From Candidatus Saccharimonadota bacterium (GTDB lineage Bacteria; Patescibacteriota; Gracilibacteria; Absconditabacterales; Absconditicoccaceae), in NCBI GenBank assembly GCA_030429145.1, contig JAUIDC010000001.1:30001-62000 (forward strand): a DNA stretch of 32,000 nt, in the 5' to 3' direction. Positions 16,956 through 27,967 of the stretch are shown here, one piece after another. How positions within the stretch are numbered: the stretch's first letter is position 1; each line of letters opens with the position of its first letter. The notes beneath the pieces were generated by a model. It ran no database searches, was not told where the DNA came from, and was given only the letters and a program-made list of their open reading frames with translations. Made by a program: the position numbers and the translations under genes.

Positions 16956-18257
16956 TTAATTGAGCAATTTGATCACCTCCTCTTTTGCTCTTTCTAGCTG
17001 GTTATCAGTATTGTCTTCCTGATAGAGTTCAGCATCAAACTCTACTTCTACGTCAGGCGTGAGACCCTCTTCTTTGACATTGGCGCCAGTCGGAGTGTAT
17101 CGTCTTCCGATAGTATATTTGATAGCGGAACCTGAACCAAAGTCTTCTATCGTCTGGATAGAGCCTTTACCAAATGTTTTGGTACCAACGATAACGGCAC
17201 TATTGATGTCACGAAGTGCTGCAGCGATGATCTCTCCTGCTGAGGCAGTAAGATGATCAACAAGCACGACCGTTGGGAGATCTTCAAAATCACCATAACC
17301 TTCTGATCTATAGACCTCGTCGTATTGCTCAACGCTATATTTTGTCGTTACTACTGTCTCACCTTTCGGTACGAAGTGCGATGCTATTTTCACACCGATA
17401 TCAAGAAATCATCCTCCGTTGCCTCTCAGGTCAAGTATCATTCCATCAAGGTCTTCTTGCTGGAGCTCTGTAACAGCCTCTTTCAGTGCATTTTCTGTTT
17501 CCTCTCCGATGATGGAGATATTGATGTATCCAATTTTTCTTGTACCCATCGTCAACACGTCACTTGAGACAGACGGGATACTAACCTGTCTTCTTACGAT
17601 ATCAACTTCGAATACTTTCTCTTGGATATTCTCTTCAGAGGGACGCAGGATGGTTAATGTGACTGTTGTTCCTTGCGGTCCGCGGATCTTGTTGACTGCG
17701 TCCTGCGTCGACATATCTTGTGTGCTCTCTTCATTGACTTCGATGATGAGGTCTAACGGGCGAAGCCCGGCCTCGTAGGAAGGCGTTCACTTATATACTT
17801 CTTGGATTTCTATAGCATCATTTTTTTTCATAATCGCCGCACCGATTCCCTCAAAGTCTTCCTGACCTTTCAGCTCTTCGGTAAAACTTGTATTTTCTTC
17901 GACGTCTAAAAATGCTGTATAGGGATCACCAAGTGCTGCGACAAATCATTTGAGTGCGCCGTCCATCATCGCACCTGTATCTATCTTCTCTTGGTCATAA
18001 TATTGCTCCTTGAGCAAACCATACAACTCTTCAAATTTACTATAATCAAATGTATCACCATCTCTTGGAGCTGATGTAGTTGTTCCTCATTTCCAACTGT
18101 TCCATCGATCTTGGAGCGTTACAGTTGCCGTTTGCGGGAGCGCATTTCCTGGCTGTGCCATGCCACTCGCATAGACTACCACCATCGATGCCGCACCGAC
18201 AACAACACCAAGTATCGCTATTCACACATGTGATTTCTGCATCTCTTTTTGTATCAT
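16956..18257 (-). CDS. ctp: S41 family C-terminal processing (tail-specific) peptidase with PDZ domain, 433 aa
   Basis: Track ORFs 16956..17393 and 17409..17714 plus the upstream region form one frame with 5 TGA. Motifs: N-terminal TM, GIGAAI (PDZ), LDLRGNGG[G], TASAGEI, TFGKGSIQ. ATG 18255-18257. Confidence 0.9.
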
Positions 18258-18306
18258 ATAAAGACAAATACCGTTATAGTGATCTACCGTACTTTTACAA
18301 GAACTG

Positions 18307-18335
18307 AAAAGGGGGCTTAGAACAAGCCCCCTCCT
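18307..18335 (-). terminator. intrinsic terminator
   Basis: GGGGGCTT-AGAAC-AAGCCCCC with flanking A/T runs. Confidence 0.75.
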
Positions 18336-18372
18336 TTCATACCTATGCTATTGTCACCCCTAACAATATTTT

Positions 18373-18702
18373 CTACGCAGCGATAGCAAACGTATCACCA
18401 TCTCCAAGTAGGGTCATACCCTTATCTGGAGCATTTGGAATAATGTGGTTCACACAAATGATTTTGCTGTCTGGACGTATGTGCAGTATGCGTACATCTC
18501 TGTGTCGCTCTTTAATGCTCCAAACCTCCAAGGTTGCAACACCTTCAGTAGTAAGATACGCAGCACTGATGTTCACTTCCAGTGGGTCTCCTAACGAAGC
18601 TACATTGATTTGCATCATTTTGCCCACCAGTGATTTGATTGTGGCGCTACTAGGATTTGCCCAGCCAGCTTTTATAAGAATATTTTTCACAGTTTGTTCC
18701 AT
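18373..18702 (-). CDS. hypothetical protein, 109 aa
   Basis: Uninterrupted ORF ending in TAG, immediately downstream of the pseudopilin genes. Confidence 0.55.
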   Translation of the reverse strand: MEQTVKNILIKAGWANPSSATIKSLVGKMMQINVASLGDPLEVNISAAYLTTEGVATLEVWSIKERHRDVRILHIRPDSKIICVNHIIPNAPDKGMTLLGDGDTFAIAA

Positions 18703-18762
18703 AGCCTTGTATTTTTGGTTTCAGTTATTATAGCAATAGCCTAGAGCAAGTCAACAGGTAGA

Positions 18763-19311
18763 TTACTCTACCCTTTGGAGAGTATAGAATTGTTGCACCG
18801 AGGTATTAACATCTCGAATCCGCTCCTGCGGATTGTATTTTGGTGTTTGCATCTCTGCCATCAGTCGGAAACCTGGGTGTTGGATATCGAGAAATCCGTC
18901 GGTTGGAAGTTTGGTAAATGGAATAATTTTGAATGCCCCTTCAGTAATGAGTGCTGAACCTGTGGAGATAAGTGAAGTTGTTTCGTTGTTATCAACCCGT
19001 AGCAGGTTGTCCCCAGAAAAAATAAGTGCTGCACCAGAAGCGCCATTGCCAGTCAGATAGAGTGACTTGGTTCGACCATTGGTCGATCTCAGGGTTGTAC
19101 CGTACTGGCTGTAGTCTATCTGATATGTGTCGGCAATATTCTGCACTGTTTCAGTAAGGTATGTTATCTCTGCGTTGAGTTGTTTTTCATGCTGCATCCT
19201 CGTTGCGATCTCAGTAATGCGCACATATGCTCTGAAAATAAGCGTGAATAAAATCGCTGCGAGTACGATCGCTATAAGTATCTCTACCAAGGTGAACGCT
19301 TTTTTCTTCAT
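18763..19311 (-). CDS. pseudopilin / minor pilin (prepilin-type N-terminus), 182 aa
   Basis: MKKKA|FTLVEILIAIVLAAILFTLIF. Stop TAA. Its ATG directly abuts the stop of the upstream gene. Confidence 0.75.
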   Translation of the reverse strand: MKKKAFTLVEILIAIVLAAILFTLIFRAYVRITEIATRMQHEKQLNAEITYLTETVQNIADTYQIDYSQYGTTLRSTNGRTKSLYLTGNGASGAALIFSGDNLLRVDNNETTSLISTGSALITEGAFKIIPFTKLPTDGFLDIQHPGFRLMAEMQTPKYNPQERIRDVNTSVQQFYTLQRVE

Positions 19312-19947
19312 CTATTTCTTGATAGCTCAGATAAAACTTTCCAATGTTACTTCTCCTTGGATAGCACCTTTTTGATACAAGACGTGCGAGGTGACTTTGA
19401 GGAGCTTATCAGTATCTACTGCTGTCTCTTCCTGATAGACTGGCTCAAATGTGATATATCTCGCAAACAACGAACCCGTACCCTGGGTGGTATCATGAGT
19501 AAGGAGCTGTCATGAATATGCTGTTGTTTGGAGATTTGTGATGAAAAGCTGATTGTCTGTGAAAAGCTGTTCGAAGGTAGCTCCGCTGTTAGTCTCTGCG
19601 GCGAATAGTCTTCCTTCTGGATCGACCGCTACGCGGAACGCGCTGTCTGGTCAAAATGAGCCGCCGCAGATTTGCCCATTAAATGGCTGACGCTCCTCTA
19701 GCTTACTTATAGCTTCTGGATTGATATAGGCACACTGCCAGTCAAGACCTCTCGCAAGGTTTGTATCGCGGATGTTAAATACAAGATCTATCCCCTCCTT
19801 AGCGAGTGACTGTGCCTGTATTTTTAGCTTCATGGTATCTATGACTGAGATATTTGTCGTGATCACTCTCACTACTGCCAAAATACCCACTGCAAAGACA
19901 AACAGTGCGATGACAATTTCGATAAGCGTCACTCCTTTTTTGTGCAT
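19312..19947 (-). CDS. pseudopilin / minor pilin, 211 aa
   Basis: MHKKG|VTLIEIVIALFVFAVGILAVV. Track ORF 19651..19947 extended through 3 TGA to TAG 19312-19314. Confidence 0.75.
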
Positions 19948-19989
19948 AAAGCGTATAATGATTATGGGTGAAAATTGCTTTGTATCATT

Positions 19990-20889
19990 TTAATGCAGTG
20001 AATGAATCTTTTCTGCCATACCCATACCATCTCGATTTGCCTCATCCCACAGATGGTCAGGCAGTATGGTGTTGATCTTCTCAATATCAGGATAGATAAA
20101 ATGTATCTGTGTATCTACAAGTCCCGCATCCCACAGCTTTGCTTTGACGAAAGATTCGTACATCACACCAGGTTGCTGGTCAAGGAGGAATACTATATTC
20201 TCTGTCTTAATGATACTCTCTTTGAGTGCAGCACCGATAGAAAAGTTGTAATCCACTAGCCCGAAAAGATCGTATGACTTCCCCTCTTGTTTCAGGTGCT
20301 GCGCCGCATGGATAGCATGAACCAAAAGATCTCCGGGAGCGATCATTGTACCTGCTATACCTTCAAAATCATGTGCTCTCAGATCAACAATACCTCCTTC
20401 CGCTTTCAGCTTTTTCTCAAAAACTGCATCTTGTGTGTCACCATGCGATACTCTAATGTAGTTCTTACCTTTCTGCCCGAGTGCATCAAATAAAGAGACC
20501 TGATCATAAACCTCACGCACATTTGCATATGGCATCATCAAAGGAATATCCTGCAAATCTGGATTACTCTTGCTCATAAATCCAGCTATACCCGCATTGA
20601 GTTGCAAGACAGTTGCATTAGCTTTTTTAGGCAGATTACTGAGCCGTGGCACGAGATAGATAGCACTGAGTGTCTCTGTGATGAGTAATATACGCTCGTA
20701 TTTCTCGCTCAATGCAGCCATCTTTCCGGCCACACCAAAATCATAACTTACCTCAGCAAGCTGCATATGCTTATATTTCTCATCTGGATCTTTAGGCATT
20801 TTCTCCCAAACAATGAGGTCAAATGGCAATATCTCATGACGAAGAAAGTGTCACTCCTGGATAGCGTTCACAAGGTTAATAATCTCCAT
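19990..20889 (-). CDS. divergent transketolase C-terminal / pyruvate dehydrogenase E1-beta-like protein, 299 aa
   Basis: Track ORF (TTG artefact start) extended across one TGA to ATG 20887-20889. The C-terminal third (GIAGTMIAPGDLLVHAIHAAQHLKQEGKSYDLFGLVDYNFSIG...IVFLLDQQ) has the pattern of Tkt/E1-beta C-terminal domains. The N-terminal part is poorly conserved. Confidence 0.4.
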
Positions 20890-20913
20890 ACCTACAAATC
20901 AAAAATATAAAAT

Positions 20914-21471
20914 TTACACACCAATCTTTTCAAGTACCTCTTCTATACGCTTGTGTAGCTGCTCAACCGAACCATCATTGATAATAACATAGTCGGCAAG
21001 AGCCAAGCACCCTTTTAAATTCATATGCGTTGGGTCTTCATTGTCCATCTCCGACTCCTCTTGTTTTACAAACTCTTCAAAGGTTACATTGTCCGTACTG
21101 CTACCTCTCTCAACTATCCTCTGGTATCTCAGTTTAATAGGAGCATCTAAGCCAAGGAGCGTAAAGTTCTCCTTCTGCTTCAGCATCTCTGCCTCACCAA
21201 TCGCGCGGATAGACTCAATAACTACTGGTTGATGCTGACGAAGTGCCTCTTCATAGAGCATACGGATAATATAGTCTGGACCGTGTGTTCCTCTTAGATC
21301 GTCCGCAAGCGTATGCATCTGATCTCTATTGACCGGTCTTCATTGCTTCTTCAACATGTCCTCTAAGAGCTTTCTCGCAGAGAAGTGCACAAATCATCTC
21401 GACTGTTCGAGATAGTCCACTACCGTACCCTTTCCGGCACCAAACGTGCCTGTAATACCTATAATACACAT
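20914..21471 (-). CDS. P-loop nucleoside/nucleotide kinase family protein (CoaE/UPF0200-like), 185 aa
   Basis: MCIIGITGTFGAGKGTVVDYL (Walker A). Two TGA. ATG 21469-21471, TAA 20914-20916. Confidence 0.55.
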
Positions 21472-21517
21472 GATTTACATAGTAATTTTCTCACGAGCTG
21501 ATACAATAGAAAATAAC

Positions 21518-22606
21518 CTACCAGTCTTCTTCCGAGAAATGTTCATGTCATTCGTGTCCCTCATCATCTTCCACATACTCCGCTATATCCCTGTATTTTT
21601 TTGACATCTCTATAAACTTATCAAGTTTTACATCCTCATTGGGTATTCTCATATACACCATGATATCCTGCAACAGCGAGAAAAAAGGATAATCATCAAC
21701 AATATCAAGATCACTCCAATTCTCAAAGATTTCCTGATGTACATATCTTGCACTTCCAAACACATTCATCCGCAAGAAATGTTCAAATCCCTCTATGCCA
21801 CCATCCTGAAATTCAGGCATAACATATTCTTCTTGCCATCAATCTAGCTCCTCAAATAGGTGTTCTTCTATTTTTTTTAGCCCAATAATTGCATCTTCTA
21901 CCTCATCCATAGAGGTGCTTTTTCGCAACACCAGAGATGCAAGAAAATACGCACGCCACACTGGTGGGCGCTCTTTCTGCATCACATCCTGCTCCGCATC
22001 CTCCTCATAGAGATCCTCATCCACATTACTCATGTAGCGAGCGATCTGTTCTTTCAACTGATATACCGAATCATGTGCATAGATTTCTAGGAACTCCTTG
22101 ATTTCCTCTTCAGAAGCAAATTCTTGATGATAGGTATTACGGAGAAAATGATGGAGCAATCATATCCCTATAGTTGTATAATTAATCCCTCTACGCTTCC
22201 CCTCTCGACCAGGGACCTGCGGTTCCCTCGGCTTTTTTCTTTTTTTATAATATGGTGTATTCATCTCCTGCTTTTCGGTCAGCAGATGCGACTCGTAGAG
22301 TCTTTGTCCGAAATCCGTGTATAGTAGCTCTTTCATTAAGCTCTCCTTCGATTCGTCTGAGATGTTGCCAGTGAGGGCATTCGCTATTTGTTCAACGGCA
22401 AAGTGATAAGCCGTCTCTCATCTGTCCTGCAAAGGCTTTGCATAAAGCGTTGCGAGAATATCCGATGCATAATGAGTGAAAAGCGAATGCTTATCAATAT
22501 TGATATGGGCACCTTGTTGTTCTGGCGATTGCTTTTTCTTTCTAGCCATGGCAGCAACAATTACTATTGACAAATAGCTTTCTGCGGATAATATACGTTT
22601 AATCAT
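21518..22606 (-). CDS. hypothetical protein, 362 aa (343 aa if it starts at ATG 22549)
   Basis: Track ORFs 21548..21820, 21839..22159 and 22418..22606 are one frame joined by 4 TGA, with true stop TAG 21518-21520. Acidic, with one K/R-rich stretch (YYKKRKKPREPQVPGREGKRRG). No domain recognised. Confidence 0.6.
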
Positions 22607-22623
22607 TTACATTACAAGAGCAC

Positions 22624-23133
22624 ATGAAAGAAAAAGAGTTGAAGATACTCGATATCAATCCATTAGTATTGATTCCACAGCTTGAGGCACTCGGGGCACA
22701 GAAGACATTTGCAGGAAAAATTACTGATCAGTATTATGACTTTCCGCAGAAGGAGTTAAAAGAAAAAGGATGGTCACTGAGAATTAGAACCATCAATGGC
22801 AATGAGCACCAGCTCTGCTTCAAGGAAAAGATTAAGGATAAGAAAGTGAAGATAAGAAAAGAGTACGAGATAGATCTCCTCTCTCCGAAGCAAGGTGAGT
22901 TATTCATCAACAGTTTTGGTTTGTTTCCTTGTTTTTTTAAGGAAAAAATGAGACTGAGTTATATGATAGACGACGTAAAATTTGATATGGACTTTTACGA
23001 TGGGTTGAAACCTATGCTTGAGATAGAAGCACCAAAGAAAAAACAGATCTTTCAGTGGATCGAAAAGTTAGGTCTTGAAGACCATGTTACCTCGAAAAAA
23101 GGTGCGAGAGCGCTCTTCAAGCACTATGCATAG
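22624..23133 (+). CDS. CYTH-domain protein (triphosphate tunnel metalloenzyme; CyaB/ThTPase-like), 169 aa
   Basis: N-terminal ExExK (EKELK), ...QYYDFP...LRIRT...KEYEIDL..., a typical CYTH strand pattern. Stop TAG. Confidence 0.75.
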   Translation: MKEKELKILDINPLVLIPQLEALGAQKTFAGKITDQYYDFPQKELKEKGWSLRIRTINGNEHQLCFKEKIKDKKVKIRKEYEIDLLSPKQGELFINSFGLFPCFFKEKMRLSYMIDDVKFDMDFYDGLKPMLEIEAPKKKQIFQWIEKLGLEDHVTSKKGARALFKHYA

Positions 23134-23215
23134 ATAATGTTTTCGTCTGATAATAGCAAAAGCTTCCCCTCGATAAGGAAGCTTTTCTTATATAATGATA
23201 TTATTGCTACCAACA

Positions 23216-24109
23216 TTAGAAGTTTTTCTCTTTCATCTTGTTTGCTATGGCTCTTTCTTTTGCATGCACCTCTTTTTTCACTGAAGCGAGTTTACTCTGT
23301 ACCTTATTCACTGTTGTAATCTCTTTCATGTGATGCTTGTCGATAAATTCAATAGTCTTCTTAAATCTATCATGTGAGTGCATTCTACCAAAGTAGTGGA
23401 TACCTAGGCAGTACTTACTACATCCATGCGCCTCTTTAATCTTCAACTTCTTCATTACCTTTCTTCCGTGCCCGTCTTCTGTTCTTGCCTTACTTTCGAC
23501 TATCGCAATATTACCTAGTTTGATCCAACGACCTGCATTATCTCTCATATCATTGAGTTCAACATCAAAATCGATGGTCAATCTCTCATCACTCTCTTTC
23601 GAGCAGAGCGTGATACGTTTATATCTTGTCTCTATAGAAGGGAATATTTGTTCCTTTGCATATGAGAGACCAAGTGACTGCGCTATAGAGGTGTAAAACC
23701 TTACGGCATCCTTATTCATTTGGCCATGTGCCTCCAAACTAGTAGGATAGCGGAACTTACGAAGGAGCTTCTTTTCTTTCAGCTTCATCTCAAAGTAGAC
23801 GAGATCTCCACTATCAACATAATGTCTTGTTCTTACTTTCAGTCTCTGCTTTTCTCCCTGTTCATGTTGCTTATAGAACAGGTAGTCTTTTGTATCCATA
23901 TAGATGTTGTCGTAGGTGAAAATCGACACATCTTTGATATTGAGTACATAGAAACTATCCTGTAGTTCTCCAAGCAGTTTATCGAGCTGCTTAAGATTGA
24001 GAAGATACTTTGCCTCGATACGCTCAAGAAAACTCATAGAAGCGTTGAGCTGATCAAGTGAGATAGTTGTGTACTCTTTCAAAATCGACTGCAAGTTTTG
24101 CGTTTCCAT
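23216..24109 (-). CDS. VTC-domain (polyphosphate-polymerase-like, TTM superfamily) protein, 297 aa
   Basis: FLERIEAKYLL...SIFTYDNIYMDTKDYLFYKQHEQGEKQRLKVRTRHY matches the VTC pattern R-x-E-x-KY ... Y-x-DT ... R-x-K-x-R-x-R-x-Y. Confidence 0.75.
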   Translation of the reverse strand: METQNLQSILKEYTTISLDQLNASMSFLERIEAKYLLNLKQLDKLLGELQDSFYVLNIKDVSIFTYDNIYMDTKDYLFYKQHEQGEKQRLKVRTRHYVDSGDLVYFEMKLKEKKLLRKFRYPTSLEAHGQMNKDAVRFYTSIAQSLGLSYAKEQIFPSIETRYKRITLCSKESDERLTIDFDVELNDMRDNAGRWIKLGNIAIVESKARTEDGHGRKVMKKLKIKEAHGCSKYCLGIHYFGRMHSHDRFKKTIEFIDKHHMKEITTVNKVQSKLASVKKEVHAKERAIANKMKEKNF

Positions 24110-24204
24110 ATCTTTTGTCTTTGTTTAGGGGTGTAAATAAGGATTTTTTGTTTAGTAGTCTTCACTGATACAACTTTGATTATAGTGACTTTTTTGTGAT
24201 ATTG

Positions 24205-24236
24205 CTAAAATAGCAATCATTTTATTGTATGATTGC
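24205..24236 (-). terminator. probable typA terminator hairpin(s)
   Basis: GCAATCAT (24213-24220) / ATGATTGC (24229-24236), overlapping a second inverted repeat ATTGCTA-AAA-TAGCAAT. On the minus strand it is followed by TATTTT. Confidence 0.5.
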
Positions 24237-24282
24237 ATATCTCATAATTGACTTATTTTTAATTTATGGGAAAATATGTGTT

Positions 24283-26103
24283 CTATCCGTTATCCGCCTT
24301 AAGTAAGGCATCTTTTTCCTGTTTTTTTGCAAGAGCTCTTGCTGATTCGGTCAGATACTTCTTTCTAAGACGAATATTTTTCGGCGTTATTTCTACGAGC
24401 TCGTCCTGTCCAATATAGCCCAATGCATCCTCCAGCGTCAAGTGAACAATAGGATCGAGACGCATAGCTTCATCATTTCCGCTATTGCGAACGTTAGTGA
24501 GCTGCTTATTGACTGTAAGGTTGACAACTAGGTCTCCTCCTTTGAGGTGCTCCCCAACGATCATACCCTCATAGATTTGCTGTGCTGGGTCAACAAAAAT
24601 AGGTCATCTCTCCTGGAGCTTAAAGATACTGTAGTTCATCACGCCTCCAGTATTTCCTGAGATCATTGATCCTACCTGACGCTTCGCGATCTCACCTTTG
24701 TATGCTTCATAATGAGAAAATGATGAGTACATGATCCCCTCGCCTCTCGTCAGCAAAATAAACTCTCCTCTCAGTCCAAGTAGTCCTCTTGTAGGCACCT
24801 CAAACTCGATCGTCGTCAGACCGTTTTCTGATTTCATCGACTGCATCATACCCTTTCTATTTGCTACTGTCTCTATGATGGCACCCGCAAGGTTATCTTC
24901 TACGTTAACTATGAGTTGTTCTATGGGTTCGAGCTTTTCACCATTTTCCATCTTGAAGATTACCTGTGGTGCTCCCACTTGTAACTCCCATCCCTCTCTA
25001 CGCATCGTTTCAATAAGTACAGACAAGTGGAGCTCTCCTCTTCCTGACACGACAAAACGCCCGTCTTGATTCTCTACCTTCAATCCTACGTTTGTCTCAA
25101 GCTCCTTATCGAGTCTCTCTGCAAGGTTTCTGGTCGTCATATACTTCCCTTCTTTTCCTGCAAATGGACTATCATTGACCAAAAACTCCATACGAAGTGT
25201 TGGCTCATCAATACTGATTGACGGCATAGGCTCAACATCTCACACACCTATTGTTTCACCAACGAAAATAGTAGGTATTCACGCAATCGTGACGATGTCA
25301 CCGCATCTCGCCTCTTCGCTCTCGATACGTTGTAGTCCCAGTGTTGTAAAGATTTTTGAAATTTTTCCTGTTCTTGTTTCTCCTTCGTTAGAGATAATAG
25401 TCACCTGTTGTCCGACTTTTGCTGTACCCTCATAGACACGACCGATACCAAGTCTACCAAGGAAGTCGTCATATCCCAGGTTTGCGACCTGCATACGAAA
25501 TGGCTTATCTGAATGATTTGGCGCCTCTGGCACGTGTGCAAGGATAGCATCGAAGACTGGCTTCATATCCTTTTGCTCATCTTCGAGGTTTTTCATCGCA
25601 AAACCATTTTTAGCACTCGCATACACTACTGGAAAATCTGCCTGCTCGTCGGTTGCGCCAAGCATGATAAACAAGTCAAAAAGCATGTTAATCACCTCCT
25701 GTGGTCTCGCAGTCGGTTTATCAATCTTGTTGAGGATTACGATCGGTTTGAGCCCAAGTTCCAATGATTTTTTGAGGACAAATTTGGTCTGAGGCATCGG
25801 GCCCTCATATGCATCTACAACGAGTAATACAGAGTCGACCATACGAAGCACACGCTCCACCTCACTTCCAAAGTCGGCATGGCCTGGTGTATCGATAATA
25901 TTGATAGTATCACCCTCATACTGCACTGCAGTGTTTTTTGCATAGATAGTAATACCCCTCTCACGTTCCTGGTCGTTGTTATCCATCACCAAGTCCTGTC
26001 ACTCAATTGCTTTGAGTGTTCCAGAGTATTTTAAAAGCTGGTCGACAAGAGTCGTTTTTCCGTGGTCAACGTGAGCAATAATTGCAATATTTCTAATAGC
26101 CAT
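24283..26103 (-). CDS. typA: translational GTPase TypA/BipA, 606 aa
   Basis: Track ORFs 24283..24564, 24604..25227 and 25279..25992 plus the N-terminus [24 protein letters not shown] form one frame with 3 TGA. Collinear with E. coli BipA as I remember it. Two of the TGA align with Gly in E. coli (..AITG.., ..QDRG..). Confidence 0.95.
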
Positions 26104-26131
26104 AACAGATGGGAGTACATAAAATCATGAT

Positions 26132-26160
26132 AAGAGAAAAGCCCTTGGAGAAAGGGCTCA
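26132..26160 (-). terminator. intrinsic terminator after the DipZ-like gene
   Basis: AGCCCTT-GGAGA-AAGGGCT. On the minus strand it is followed by TTTTCTCTT. Confidence 0.6.
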
Positions 26161-26223
26161 TCTGAACCTATACTTCTTGTAAAGAGTATAAGGAATAGTC
26201 TATAAAAAACAATCTGTTGTTTG

Positions 26224-27939
26224 TTATCCAAATGTATACGCATATGCTGAGACGCCTGCACCACTAAAGCGTATCTCGACCTTATGTTCTCATGGCGTCT
26301 CATTGTCCATAAGATTGTAGAGCTGATAGGCCTGGACGGTAAAGCTCTGTGTTTTTACTCCATCTATATAGACAGTTGCCTCTACTAGGCTATTTTCTGC
26401 TCATAGAACTAAGTTTGCTTCACTCGCATAGGCATTGATAGTGATTGACCCTGCCCCATCAACAAGAACAACTTTTTCGCCATCAGCTTGTCGATTACCA
26501 TCGAGCCACCATTTGTGAAGCTCGTCTGTAGCTTCATTGACATAATTTGCTCTCCTTCTCTCTCCGAGGTAGGTCTCATGTGTCTGCTGTGAGGTATATC
26601 CTCTTTTCTGTTCTTCAAGGACACCTTCTTCATTGAGGCCGAGCAGATATTGTACTACCTGTTCTGTTTCTTCATATTTTCCTTCACCGAAGTGAGTGTA
26701 ACGCACACGACCATTTCTATCTATGATATATTTCGCCGGCCAGTAGAGATTGTTGTAGTTTCTCCGTGTTTGAAAGTCGTTATCCTGTACAACGGGATAG
26801 GTAAGATTGAATTTTTCTACTGCATCTTTGACGTTTTCTACATTTTTTTCGAATTGGAATTCTGGTGCATGCACGCCGATAAGTACTAGCCCGTCATCAG
26901 CATAGTTCTCGTGGAGCTGTCTGAGATACGGCAAGGTACGAATACAGTTGATGCAGCTATAGGTCCAAAAGTCGACAATCACTACTTTACCACGGAGCTC
27001 ACTAAGCGAGTCTCGGCCTGTCGTATTGATCCAGTTTTGGAGTCATTTGAAATCAGGCGCCTCATAGTTTGTATTGAGTAGCTTTGCTCTTGGGTCTTTA
27101 CTATCGAGAGAGTTCACCCCACCCTGCATCTGCTCGGCCGAACCGCTACAGTTATACACCCCGCTATCAGACTTGAAGCATGCCTGATCATCTTTTTTGT
27201 CCATCTCTTTGTCGAAATCAACACGGTCTATCAGTCTTTGCTCCAGCTTTGTCACATCAAAGAAGCTTCCATTTTGCAAGAGAGCCGTTTCGATTCTCTT
27301 CATCAAACCAGTTGCAACGAGGACACCTACGATGATAAGAAGGAGACCCAAAGATCTCTTAAACCACCCATATGGATTCACGGCCCAACTGATACGATGT
27401 AAGGCAGCCCTCCCTGCATAGATGATGATCAAAAGAAATAATACAAAGCCAAGCGAATAGACCAAAGTATAGACAATTCCCAATGCTATACTTTGTGGAA
27501 AGACCAGTGAAAGTAAAATGAAGTATGTCGGAGAACAACTTGCAAATATAGGCCCAAATGCCGCACCTAGAAGGATATCCCCCCATACGCCTTGATGTTT
27601 TTGCGCTTTCGATGCAAGTGTATTGGCACGCGACAACCCAAGCTTGTATGATATCTTCTCCCATGCGTGAGGAAAGACGAGGGTTAAGCCATAGACTATG
27701 ATGATCGCTGCTGAAAAACCAAGCCAAAACCCTTCTGGCACATTAATAAACGCTGTAGACACTTTCAGCAGCACCGTAAACAAGGTAATGCAAACAGCTG
27801 TCGACAGTGCTATGATCAATGGTCTATACCAAGCACGAGCAGTCAACCCTCCACCAAGCATCACCGGTAAGACTGGTAAAACACATGGTGCAAGCACACT
27901 CAAAACTCATGCAATAAATGCAAGTATCCACAATGACAT
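26224..27939 (-). CDS. dipZ: DipZ-like fusion: CcdA/DsbD-type membrane thiol-disulfide transporter + thioredoxin-like domain + C-terminal beta domain, 571 aa
   Basis: Track ORFs 27043..27903 and 26401..26982 plus a 59-codon C-terminal extension form one frame with 4 TGA. MSLWILAFIA[G]VLSVLAPCVLPVLP (CcdA), FWTYSCINC (Trx-like CxxC). ATG 27937-27939, TAA 26224-26226. Confidence 0.85.
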
Positions 27940-27967
27940 CCTTTCCTATAAAACCATAAAATAATTT

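Noticed and set aside
26031-26303. Track ORF of 90 aa on the minus strand spanning the typA start and the region upstream.
   Set aside because: It is out of frame with typA at its 3' end. Its upstream part runs over the DipZ-like terminator hairpin and the real C-terminal extension of the DipZ-like gene, which is in another frame.
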